Source: a virus (lineage: Duplodnaviria > Heunggongvirae > Uroviricota > Caudoviricetes). Taken from it: a DNA stretch of 23,140 bases. The DNA lies in IMG/VR virus record IMGVR_UViG_2869924733_000002; one strand, given 5' to 3'. Numbering within the stretch: the first letter of the stretch is position 1; each line of letters starts with the position of its first letter. The notes beneath the pieces were generated by a model. That model was not told the origin of the DNA and made no database searches. It saw nothing but the letters and a program-made list of their open reading frames with translations. A program made the translations under genes and the position numbers. Of the stretch, positions 16,390 through 23,140 are shown piece after piece.

Positions 16390-16723
16390 GAGAACCTCCC
16401 GCTACAGTTGCGCCCATGTCATTAACCATGCTTTGCCATATCTCACGCCCGACGTCAGTCAATCCGTCCTTAGTGACGCAACGCTCAAGAAGCTCGATCC
16501 CCACGGTTTCCCACTGCGGGTAGAACACTTTCATGGCTGCCAGTGTGTAGCTATCGATCAGGCTGCGAACGCCTTTTACTCCATTAACGATTTCCACACG
16601 TACGGCCTCGCCGTCCGCATCAACCATGAAATAGTCCCCGCCGCTGGTGGAGGTAATGTGGTTATACAGTGCCGACGCATACTTATTTGCCAGCGCATTC
16701 AGTCGGAAATTTTTAGTAATCAT
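16382..16723 (-). CDS. Hypothetical protein, 113 aa (family member 2 of 3)
   Basis: RBS GAGGATGGAG. Shares motifs with 16018-16389. Confidence 0.6.
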   Translation of the reverse strand: MITKNFRLNALANKYASALYNHITSTSGGDYFMVDADGEAVRVEIVNGVKGVRSLIDSYTLAAMKVFYPQWETVGIELLERCVTKDGLTDVGREIWQSMVNDMGATVAGGSHA

Positions 16724-16733
16724 GGCTCCATCC

Positions 16734-17336
16734 TCAGTGCGTCACTGGTTCCGCTGGCATGCCGTTTTCATTCAGTTCAGCTATAAAGCTGTTGTGAAGT
16801 TCAGCAAGCGTTTCACGACCAAATGGAGTCAGTGCTCCTTGTTCCACATCCATCATGGCTCTGTAGAAAATGATGGCGCGTTCTGTGCCAGACTCGATGC
16901 CAAAACGTTCTATCATCGCTCCCTCAATGTTGTTTGCCATAGCGAGGCGCTCTGCTACTGGATACAGCGGCATGGCGACGATGCCGTTGGAATAAACAGC
17001 CACTTCGGAAGGATTGCCAGTATCATCAATGATGCTGACAGTGCCGTTTTCCTCTCTCATTTCCAGCATGAATACTGTTGCGATCAGCCATCTCCACATA
17101 ATGACGTTATGCTGTGATGTGTAATCGAAATATCCCTGGTTGCCGCCATCGGCAATAGCGAGATGTATTGACATACCTTCATCTGGTTTATCGTCATAAT
17201 CCCCGGCATCCAGACGATTTACGGCATCAATATATGAGACGGCCTCAACGCGTTCTGTCATGCCATCGTTGCTGCGGTACATGATGTTTACGCCGTCAGG
17301 CGTTGCTTCTGTATGGAAAGTTAAGAAATTATTCAT
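16734..17336 (-). CDS. Hypothetical protein, 200 aa (start at MNNFLTF)
   Basis: The ATG overlaps the upstream stop (CATGAATAA). The C-terminus FYRAMMDVEQGALTPFGRETLAEL resembles the motif in the two downstream genes. Confidence 0.6.
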   Translation of the reverse strand: MNNFLTFHTEATPDGVNIMYRSNDGMTERVEAVSYIDAVNRLDAGDYDDKPDEGMSIHLAIADGGNQGYFDYTSQHNVIMWRWLIATVFMLEMREENGTVSIIDDTGNPSEVAVYSNGIVAMPLYPVAERLAMANNIEGAMIERFGIESGTERAIIFYRAMMDVEQGALTPFGRETLAELHNSFIAELNENGMPAEPVTH

Positions 17337-17550
17337 GTTTCGCCTCGCCTGAATGATTCTGTAACTCATATTTGCCCAACAATTCGTCCGCTTCCTGAAT
17401 AGCTTCTGGTACGCCATTGAGCAGTGACATAACCGCGCCAATCATTAACTTGTCTCTGTTGCTGGGGCTGGCCCCTTCAAGCCAGAACCCTAAAACAGTC
17501 TGAACCTGTTCGATGCGACATTGCGCTTCAATGAGCTGGATGTTGGTCAT
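17329..17550 (-). CDS. Small hypothetical protein, 73 aa
   Basis: Shares a 4-nt ATGA overlap with the upstream gene. Predicted helical. Confidence 0.55.
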   Translation of the reverse strand: MTNIQLIEAQCRIEQVQTVLGFWLEGASPSNRDKLMIGAVMSLLNGVPEAIQEADELLGKYELQNHSGEAKHE

Positions 17551-17810
17551 TTCGCACTCTCCACATCGATTAAACCGATATCTATCAGGGAGGTAACTTT
17601 TTGTAGCCAGCTATTGATTACTGTCGCCTGTTCCCCGCCCACCGAGGGAACAATCTCATTCATCACATGAACCAGACCTGTGCGCGCTCTGGTAAGCCGT
17701 TCAGTCGCGCAATCTGCGGGAGTGAATGTGTCTGGATATGGCTCTTCACGCCCCAGCAATGATTCAATTTCCAGCTCACACGGATGACGATAAATTAAGT
17801 TGATATTCAT
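17547..17810 (-). CDS. Small hypothetical protein, 87 aa
   Basis: Shares a 4-nt ATGA overlap with the upstream gene. Confidence 0.55.
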   Translation of the reverse strand: MNINLIYRHPCELEIESLLGREEPYPDTFTPADCATERLTRARTGLVHVMNEIVPSVGGEQATVINSWLQKVTSLIDIGLIDVESAK

Positions 17811-18001
17811 TTTTCACCCCCAAGAATTACCAGCTCGGCACGGGCATCGTTAACCAAAGATGAGCACGCTTTAATCGCATCCACGACATCAGTAGCGTCC
17901 ATTTCTTCAGCCGAAAGACTGACAGCAACCAGGACAGCCGCTGCTTGCTCGATTAATTGAAGTGCGGACGTAAGGCGAGGGGTATTAATTGAGTTATTCA
18001 T
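17807..18001 (-). CDS. Small hypothetical protein, 64 aa (start at MNNSINT)
   Basis: The ATG overlaps the upstream stop (CCAATGAATAA). Confidence 0.5.
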   Translation of the reverse strand: MNNSINTPRLTSALQLIEQAAAVLVAVSLSAEEMDATDVVDAIKACSSLVNDARAELVILGGEK

Positions 18002-18212
18002 TGGTTGCCCCCGTTTTTCCTGGCATTTCGCCACCTTCCAGCAGGAAATGAACGTCACGAACGGCGAGATCCAATATCGCGAGTAACGCCTTCAGTCTTT
18101 CGTCTCGTGAGGGAGAGTTGCTCACCAGAATGTCGTTAATCACTTCTGTCAGTGTGATGATCTGGCTTGTGCGTTCGAGGGGATCCATATGCACATCGTA
18201 GGTTTTAATCAT
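17994..18212 (-). CDS. Small hypothetical protein, 72 aa (start at MIKTYDV)
   Basis: The ATG overlaps the Icd-like stop (ACATGATTAA) and follows GGAGGTGG. It occupies the same frame as the 355-codon ORF. Confidence 0.5.
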   Translation of the reverse strand: MIKTYDVHMDPLERTSQIITLTEVINDILVSNSPSRDERLKALLAILDLAVRDVHFLLEGGEMPGKTGATNE

Positions 18213-19061
18213 GTGCCACCTCCATGCGGATACGACCAGCAAAAAAGCAGATGTGATCGCGCACCAGAGAACGGCGAGCATCGCGTTCAGACTCGGCAGC
18301 AATATGATGAATTTTGGCGGTAATTGTCGGGCAATCGCGGCGAACTGCGGCGATAATCCAGATAAATTGCGGTTTTTGGGTAGTGGTAGTAGCCAGCATG
18401 TGGCAGCCTCCTTGTACTGGGAGTTCTTCCCACCACCGGAGCTGCGAAACTCGCTGGTGGTGGACTGAACAGAGTTCGCAGTACCGGCGTACAAGGAAAC
18501 CGGCCAGCCTTTCGGCTGCCCTGTCCAGCCCACCATAATTTTGCAAGCGACGCGGATTATAACCGCATCACTGAAAAAAGTGTGAGTCTGGCTAACGGCA
18601 CAAAAAAAGACGCTCGGCGCGTCATGTGTCGCCTCGTACATTTCCGGGCTGCGAAACCCGGCACCCGTTTTATGAGGTGCCTTATAACCATAAACCGTGT
18701 TGCCGCATAACGGCAAGCTCTTTTTTATGGACTCCGAAAACTCACTATTGGAAGCACCAGATGCACAATACATCGCGCTCATTTCGTTAACGTCGCGCGT
18801 GTGGACGAAGGTTTTTGTGGAGTCACTACGCGAGCAGAGAAAGCCATCTACGACCAGAAATTCTCTGGCGCAGCCGCCGACCTTCTCAACGCTAACACCA
18901 TCGACCGTAATTTCTGACATAGTTAAGGCATCCGCTCCCACCACCAGAAAATGATAAACTTTGCTTGTATCTGCTGTATTAATGCCAGACTTTGCTGTCA
19001 TATTGCTGGATTTTGGCGACATACCAGCCAGTGAAAATATCTTCTTCTGGACGGTTAGCAT
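17994..19061 (-). CDS. 355-codon open frame, probably composite; only the 5' part (about 18546-19061) is likely to be an independent gene
   Basis: The start is strongly coupled (GGAGGTTAACAAATG overlapping the upstream stop). The frame then runs through the Ash/RNA region, across the Icd-like gene in another frame, and into the 72-aa gene. Confidence 0.35.
   Translation of the reverse strand: MLTVQKKIFSLAGMSPKSSNMTAKSGINTADTSKVYHFLVVGADALTMSEITVDGVSVEKVGGCAREFLVVDGFLCSRSDSTKTFVHTRDVNEMSAMYCASGASNSEFSESIKKSLPLCGNTVYGYKAPHKTGAGFRSPEMYEATHDAPSVFFCAVSQTHTFFSDAVIIRVACKIMVGWTGQPKGWPVSLYAGTANSVQSTTSEFRSSGGGKNSQYKEAATCWLLPLPKNRNLSGLSPQFAAIARQLPPKFIILLPSLNAMLAVLWCAITSAFLLVVSAWRWHMIKTYDVHMDPLERTSQIITLTEVINDILVSNSPSRDERLKALLAILDLAVRDVHFLLEGGEMPGKTGATNE
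18205..18399 (-). CDS. Host cell division inhibitor Icd-like protein, 64 aa
   Basis: [21 protein letters not shown]...[10 protein letters not shown]...FFAGRI matches the P4 Icd-like pattern from memory. AAGGAGG lies 7 nt upstream. Confidence 0.65.
   Translation of the reverse strand: MLATTTTQKPQFIWIIAAVRRDCPTITAKIHHIAAESERDARRSLVRDHICFFAGRIRMEVAHD
18400..18545 (-). ncRNA. Candidate P4 CI / P1 C4-type immunity RNA region (the stretch usually annotated as 'Ash family protein')
   Basis: Translates as [34 protein letters not shown] (Ash-like). It holds a GNRA hairpin (CAGCC-GAAA-GGCTG) and a CCACCACC/GGTGGTGG stem. The position upstream of icd matches P4. Confidence 0.3.
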
Positions 19062-19237
19062 TTGTTAACCTCCGCGAACTCCTTCATGAAGCGCGCCAGC
19101 GGTTGTACGCATGGCGATTGATACCCGTCGCGATAAAACGTCACTCGGTTGTGAGACACGCTTTCGACAGTAACGAGTGCTCCGTGGGCATCCTTGTAGC
19201 GTTTTTGAGGTTGTGGTGTTCCTGTCGGCTTAAACAT
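19055..19237 (-). CDS. DUF4222-like small protein, 60 aa (start at MFKPTG)
   Basis: GGAGGTGG RBS. The ATG overlaps the upstream stop by 8 nt. The motif ...HGALVTVESVSHNRVTFYRDGY..CVQPL..F..EF is recalled as DUF4222. Confidence 0.55.
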   Translation of the reverse strand: MFKPTGTPQPQKRYKDAHGALVTVESVSHNRVTFYRDGYQSPCVQPLARFMKEFAEVNKC

Positions 19238-20063
19238 GGACCACCTCCAGACGCTTAGCGAGCCAGCGTTGCGACAGGCGGGTGAGTTCTCCTTTGCGCT
19301 GCTCATATTCCATGCCCATATCAATTAACGTGATATTGGTGCTTTCGAGATATGAGAGGTGCTCAAGTTGTTCTGCGTTCATATGGTCGCGAGGTTCGCC
19401 AGAATAGCCATTTATCCGCGCCCACTGCTTAGCAGTTAGCCCACCAAGAACGATACGAGAAATCATATTGCTCTCGTTTGTGTAGTGGTGTTGCTGCGTC
19501 GTTTTCCCCTGCTCGGCACGGGCCATATTCAGCGCATCGCACATTGGCTTAAAGTTGTTTGCGGCACTGATACGGGCTTTTAGCTGGCGACGATAGCGGG
19601 CGGCGATTTCAGGAACGCTACGCTGTAATTCTTCCTCGCACTGGATGAAATAACGGCGGATAGCGCGACCCTGATCATTGCGTTCGATCATTGCCAGTTC
19701 TTTCGCCATTCCGACACTTAACAGATAGTCTTTGCCGGGTCTGCCAGACTGCTTAATCTTTCTGTAAGCCGCGCCATTCGGGCTTTTCCCCAAATTTGGG
19801 GAAATAGTTTTATGGACTGAGTAATCGTGCCCAATGGTGAAGTCATATTCAGAGATGCGATCAGTGATCCATGTAGAGAAGTCTTTTCCCACGCCCAACG
19901 CTTTGTGTAACGCTTTTGCGCTAACAATATTGGTTTCACGCCCACCGATATGACCAGGAATAACCGGGACAATTGCGGCAAATTCATTACCGTTAATTGT
20001 GCTCAGAGAGGCGTTCAGATGAGGGGCGGCCTCAGAAATTAATCTGCTTTTTTCGATGTTCAT
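19230..20063 (-). CDS. Phage antirepressor-like protein (AntA/AntB-type N-terminal domain), 277 aa
   Basis: VSAKALHKALGVGKDFSTWITDRI...DYLLSVGMAKELAMIERNDQGRAIRRYFIQCEEEL is the antirepressor/Bro-type pattern. Confidence 0.75.
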   Translation of the reverse strand: MNIEKSRLISEAAPHLNASLSTINGNEFAAIVPVIPGHIGGRETNIVSAKALHKALGVGKDFSTWITDRISEYDFTIGHDYSVHKTISPNLGKSPNGAAYRKIKQSGRPGKDYLLSVGMAKELAMIERNDQGRAIRRYFIQCEEELQRSVPEIAARYRRQLKARISAANNFKPMCDALNMARAEQGKTTQQHHYTNESNMISRIVLGGLTAKQWARINGYSGEPRDHMNAEQLEHLSYLESTNITLIDMGMEYEQRKGELTRLSQRWLAKRLEVVHV

Positions 20064-20075
20064 TTTCAGTCTCCG

Positions 20076-20507
20076 TTAAGCGGCGTTAAACGCGTCCGGG
20101 TAGAGTTTCAGAATGTCGGCAATTTCCTGCTGAGAAAGTCCGTTGTGATCATTTATGTTCGCAAGATGGTTAATATGAGTGATCACTTTCAGAACATCAC
20201 CACGGCAGGAGAAACGGTAGCGAAGGTGTGTTCCGATACCATCAGGATTCTTTTCGTCGATACGCTCCAGAGTGATTCCAAGCTGGCGTTCTAACTCTGT
20301 TGCATAGTTACGACCAGAAGACAGACGGCAGTAGCGAAGAATGTCATTTTCTGTCCATCCCTCTATACCAGTACGCAGCATATAGACTCTGGCACGATGC
20401 TTTTTCGGTGTGCGCTTTGGTGCTTGAAGGGATTTTGTAAGGGGCGTAACATCAGATACGCGAATATCTGAATTAGCCGCCTGTAATGGGCGGTTTTTCT
20501 TATTCAT
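20076..20507 (-). CDS. Hypothetical protein, 143 aa, with a basic N-terminus
   Basis: The start overlaps the alpA stop (TAATG). No family recognised. Confidence 0.6.
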   Translation of the reverse strand: MNKKNRPLQAANSDIRVSDVTPLTKSLQAPKRTPKKHRARVYMLRTGIEGWTENDILRYCRLSSGRNYATELERQLGITLERIDEKNPDGIGTHLRYRFSCRGDVLKVITHINHLANINDHNGLSQQEIADILKLYPDAFNAA

Positions 20508-20704
20508 TACGCTACCTCGCCACGCGACTCAGCGATGCGCTGATTAATCCATTCTTCAATTTCACTTTCAATAAACGCAATTGATCGGCTTCCAATCTTT
20601 ACAGATTGAGGGAATCGCTGTTCTTTGATGAGCCGATAAATCCACGCTTTGCTGTAACCAGTACGGCGTTGAACCTCAGAAAGACGAATAAATGATTGAG
20701 ACAT
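20507..20704 (-). CDS. alpA: AlpA-family regulator
   Basis: MSQSFIRLSEVQRRTGYSKAWIYRLIKEQRFPQSVKIGSRSIAFIESEIEEWI. AGGAG RBS. Confidence 0.85.
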   Translation of the reverse strand: MSQSFIRLSEVQRRTGYSKAWIYRLIKEQRFPQSVKIGSRSIAFIESEIEEWINQRIAESRGEVA

Positions 20705-20786
20705 GTTTACTCCTATATTCTGTCATCTTCTTTAATGGACATCAGTAGACAGAAAGGAGATTAAACAAACCGGTGAATGGGTGATA

Positions 20787-20857
20787 GCGGATAAAAATAA
20801 AATATTTTTTTGAGAAGATTATCCGCTTTGAAATACACAGTAGCGTATTCAAAGCGG
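20787..20857 (-). terminator. Two overlapping hairpins between the 293-aa gene and alpA (terminator or attenuator-like)
   Basis: CCGCTTTGAA(A)TAC / GTATTCAAAGCGG at 20823-20857 and GCGGATAA / TTATCCGC at 20787-20826 share the CCGC/GCGG segment. There is no clean U-tract. Confidence 0.3.
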
Positions 20858-20901
20858 AAATCGCGAAATTTACTTAAAACGTTTACGTAGGATTTTGCTT
20901 G

Positions 20902-21783
20902 CTATAAATCTCTACTCATTAAATCAGATATTTTTATCAAGCTCATTTCTCTGTCTTTGTTTACATAAAGCTGAAGCAAGCGGGTGTATCTCTCGCTTAT
21001 AGATTCAAGTGCAAAAGGCTTTATTGATTCCTTAATAGCCTGCGTATCTTTCGGATCATCACTAAAAACCAAGGCAGAAATCATCGGATTGCTCACTTCC
21101 TTACCTGACTTCTCACCCCAAATCAGCAGATCAACAATAGGTATCACTCTATTAGATATCAACTTCTGAAGGGTCTTTAATCCAATCCTTTTCTGAGCGA
21201 CATGCTCTCTCTCTGGTACTTTTAACTCTTTTCGCCATAGAGGTAGAAGGTGAGTCAGGCTGGTAATAATTTCGTCATCAGTGGCGTCATCTAAATCTAT
21301 AGAAACGAGTATGATGTTAGGGGAACAATTACTTAGGTTTCCAGTAACACTCGCAAGCATAGCGTTTGCCTTGAGGTAGCAATCCTCTTCGTCTCTTTTA
21401 AAAAAGCCTTGATCTATCGATGAGAAAGAGTACATGGCCAGCTCTGAAAATGTTACTGGACTAACCCCCATAGCTGAAGATAATGAGGGAAGATCATCGT
21501 ACTCATTTCTTAATGATGGGGCTTCATCATTTACTTTGCGAATAAATTCTTCGACCTCTTCCTCTTCTTCATTGAGAATGGTTAGGTTAGGATCGCCCGA
21601 AAAAATCCTTTCATATTTTATATCGTACTCTTCTTTGAATATAGCAGTGTCATCTTTTGCATGACGCAATAAAAAATCGCGCCACTCTAATTCTTGAATC
21701 AAGTCCGGCAAGGTTAAATCATTTAAAAATTCATAATTACTAATATCAAACCATGCTAAATCTTGTTTTTTGGCTCTCACCAT
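20902..21783 (-). CDS. AT-rich orphan protein, 293 aa, adjacent to the integrase (possibly DUF6387-like; uncertain)
   Basis: Long ORF with a plausible RBS. GC looks like roughly the mid-30s percent by eye, against about 50% in the flanks. It has an acidic EEEEEVEE tract and no motif I recognise. Confidence 0.7.
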   Translation of the reverse strand: MVRAKKQDLAWFDISNYEFLNDLTLPDLIQELEWRDFLLRHAKDDTAIFKEEYDIKYERIFSGDPNLTILNEEEEEVEEFIRKVNDEAPSLRNEYDDLPSLSSAMGVSPVTFSELAMYSFSSIDQGFFKRDEEDCYLKANAMLASVTGNLSNCSPNIILVSIDLDDATDDEIITSLTHLLPLWRKELKVPEREHVAQKRIGLKTLQKLISNRVIPIVDLLIWGEKSGKEVSNPMISALVFSDDPKDTQAIKESIKPFALESISERYTRLLQLYVNKDREMSLIKISDLMSRDL

Positions 21784-21925
21784 ACGCCACCCCGCGCCCC
21801 TAATTCTGACGGCTATGCCAGCCCGTAGGGGTGTACGGGTTTTCGGGGATCAGCCTAGACATAGCCTATTCTTTGTTCGTCTACATAAGTCTACTACCAT
21901 TGCTTAACACGGTCTATTCATACAG

Positions 21926-23140
21926 TTAAGCTCGTTTCCCAAACGAACCATGAACAACGTTCTCCTCCTTCTCCAGCGCATCCATATAGTCGGCATACCA
22001 TTGAAGCATCTCCCGCCTTCCATCCAGATATTGCGCATGGTTGTATGTGCCACGAATTGAGTTCTTATCAACGTGAGCGAGCTGCGTTTCTATCCACGCG
22101 GTGTTATAGCCCTGCTCATGCAAAATCGTGCTCATAGTGTGCCGGAACCCATGACCAGTTACACGTCCAGCGTAGCCAATGCGCTTAAACACTTGGTTTA
22201 TGCTGGCCTCACTCATTGTTTTCCTTGGATCATTGCGCCCGGGAAACATAAGAGGGTAATTGCCTGTTATTTCTCTAATCTTCCCAATAAGCGAAAGAGC
22301 CTGATCAGACAATGGCACAATATGAGGCCGCCGCATTTTCATACGTGAAGCGGGTATCTCCCAGATAGCCTTGTTGAAATCAATTTCATCCCATAATGCG
22401 CCACGTAGTTCGCCAGTCCGCAAGCCGGTGATAATCAGTAGACGAGCCGCCATAACAACCAATGCGCTTCCTGAGTAACTGGACAATGCCTTGAAAAAAT
22501 CAGGTAATTCTTTAGCTGTAAGGAAAGGGTAATGATTAGATTCATGGCCTTGCATCGCGCTAGTAAGGTCTGGTGCAGGGTTATACTCTGCGCGACCAGT
22601 GACTATTGCATAGCGGAAAACTTCCCCGCACCGCTGCCTCACTTTTTTGGCTTTTTCTGTAGCACCGCGCCCCTCGATGCGCCGCAGCACATTCAGAAGT
22701 TCAAGTGGTTTGATTTCGGCGATTGGTTTTTTGCCAATGTAAGGGAACACATCTTTGTTGAAGGCTTCGAGGATGTCTGAAGCATAACCAGCAGACCATT
22801 TTTTTAATTTGCTGCTGTGCCACTCAAGGGCAATATCTTTGAAGGTGTTGTTTAACTGCGTTTCCCGGGCAATCTTTTCCTCTCGTTTCGCTTCCATCGG
22901 ATCGATACCACCAGCGATACCTCTTTTCGCATCTTCACGTTTTGCCCGAGCATCGGCTAGAGTAACCTCAGGATACACACCTAGTGCCAATAGCTTCTCT
23001 TTACCAGCTACACGATATTTAAGTCGCCAGTATTTACCTCCATTAGGTTTTACCAAGAGATACAAACCGCCACCATCGGCCAGCTTGTAAGCCTTCTCTT
23101 TTGGCTTGGCTGTGTCTATTTGACGGGCATTGAGTTTCAC
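21926..23140 (-). CDS. int: P4-type tyrosine integrase (DUF4102 N-terminal domain); start at or beyond the window edge
   Basis: N-terminal ...AKPKEKAYKLADGGGLYLLVKPNGGKYWRLKYRVAGKEKLLALGVYPEVTLADAR. C-terminal HGFRHTMSTILHEQGYN..WIETQLAH..........Y catalytic region. Confidence 0.9.
   Translation of the reverse strand: MKLNARQIDTAKPKEKAYKLADGGGLYLLVKPNGGKYWRLKYRVAGKEKLLALGVYPEVTLADARAKREDAKRGIAGGIDPMEAKREEKIARETQLNNTFKDIALEWHSSKLKKWSAGYASDILEAFNKDVFPYIGKKPIAEIKPLELLNVLRRIEGRGATEKAKKVRQRCGEVFRYAIVTGRAEYNPAPDLTSAMQGHESNHYPFLTAKELPDFFKALSSYSGSALVVMAARLLIITGLRTGELRGALWDEIDFNKAIWEIPASRMKMRRPHIVPLSDQALSLIGKIREITGNYPLMFPGRNDPRKTMSEASINQVFKRIGYAGRVTGHGFRHTMSTILHEQGYNTAWIETQLAHVDKNSIRGTYNHAQYLDGRREMLQWYADYMDALEKEENVVHGSFGKRA

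Larger units (their letters stand above)
13137..23140 (-). mobile_element. P4-like integrative satellite backbone (integrase to origin); distal boundary unresolved
   Basis: Gene order is int, orphan, alpA, antirepressor-like, Ash/Icd region, small ORFs, alpha-like primase-helicase, iterons. I saw no capsid, tail, terminase, sid/psu/delta or cos sequences. Confidence 0.6.

Noticed and set aside
17341-17349. GGCGAGGCG (minus strand), matching the first 9 nt of the P2/P4 cos cohesive end as I recall it
   Set aside because: The match stops after 9 nt and lies inside coding sequence at a gene junction. I saw no other cos-like or sid/psu/delta features, so I treat it as coincidence.

Overview
Enterobacterial accessory DNA, almost all of it derived from mobile elements. 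The IS content (IS600-like, IS911-type end, IS630) points to Escherichia/Shigella. The window has four parts. (1) 1-1512: an IS3-family element sits inside an IS911 right end, which truncates a lambdoid tyrosine integrase. That integrase also carries a frameshifting 28-bp tandem duplication. (2) 1.65-4.4 kb: satellite-type regulatory and cargo genes with no integrase or primase of their own. They are a pRiA4b-ORF3 family protein, PerC, AlpA and two paralogous 61/63-aa proteins, and they lie next to an iteron block. (3) 5.8-12.7 kb, minus strand: a P22-type ejection-protein cassette in gp14-gp7-gp20-gp16 order. The gp20 homologue is split by IS630 (TA duplication at CTAG). The gp16 homologue is cut after ATGGCTA by a 916-bp IS5-family element. 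A LexA-box/-10 promoter and a 53-aa RHH gene head the cassette. (4) 13.1-23.1 kb, minus strand: a P4-like satellite backbone. It runs from a P4-type integrase through an AT-rich 293-aa orphan, AlpA, an antirepressor-like protein, an Ash/Icd-like region with a candidate CI/C4-type RNA, and a chain of translationally coupled small ORFs, to a 919-aa primase-helicase and a second iteron block. That second block contains a perfect 43-bp inverted copy of the first block, 9.6 kb away. I saw no rRNA, tRNA or CRISPR array. All family assignments come from motif recognition and memory, not from searches.
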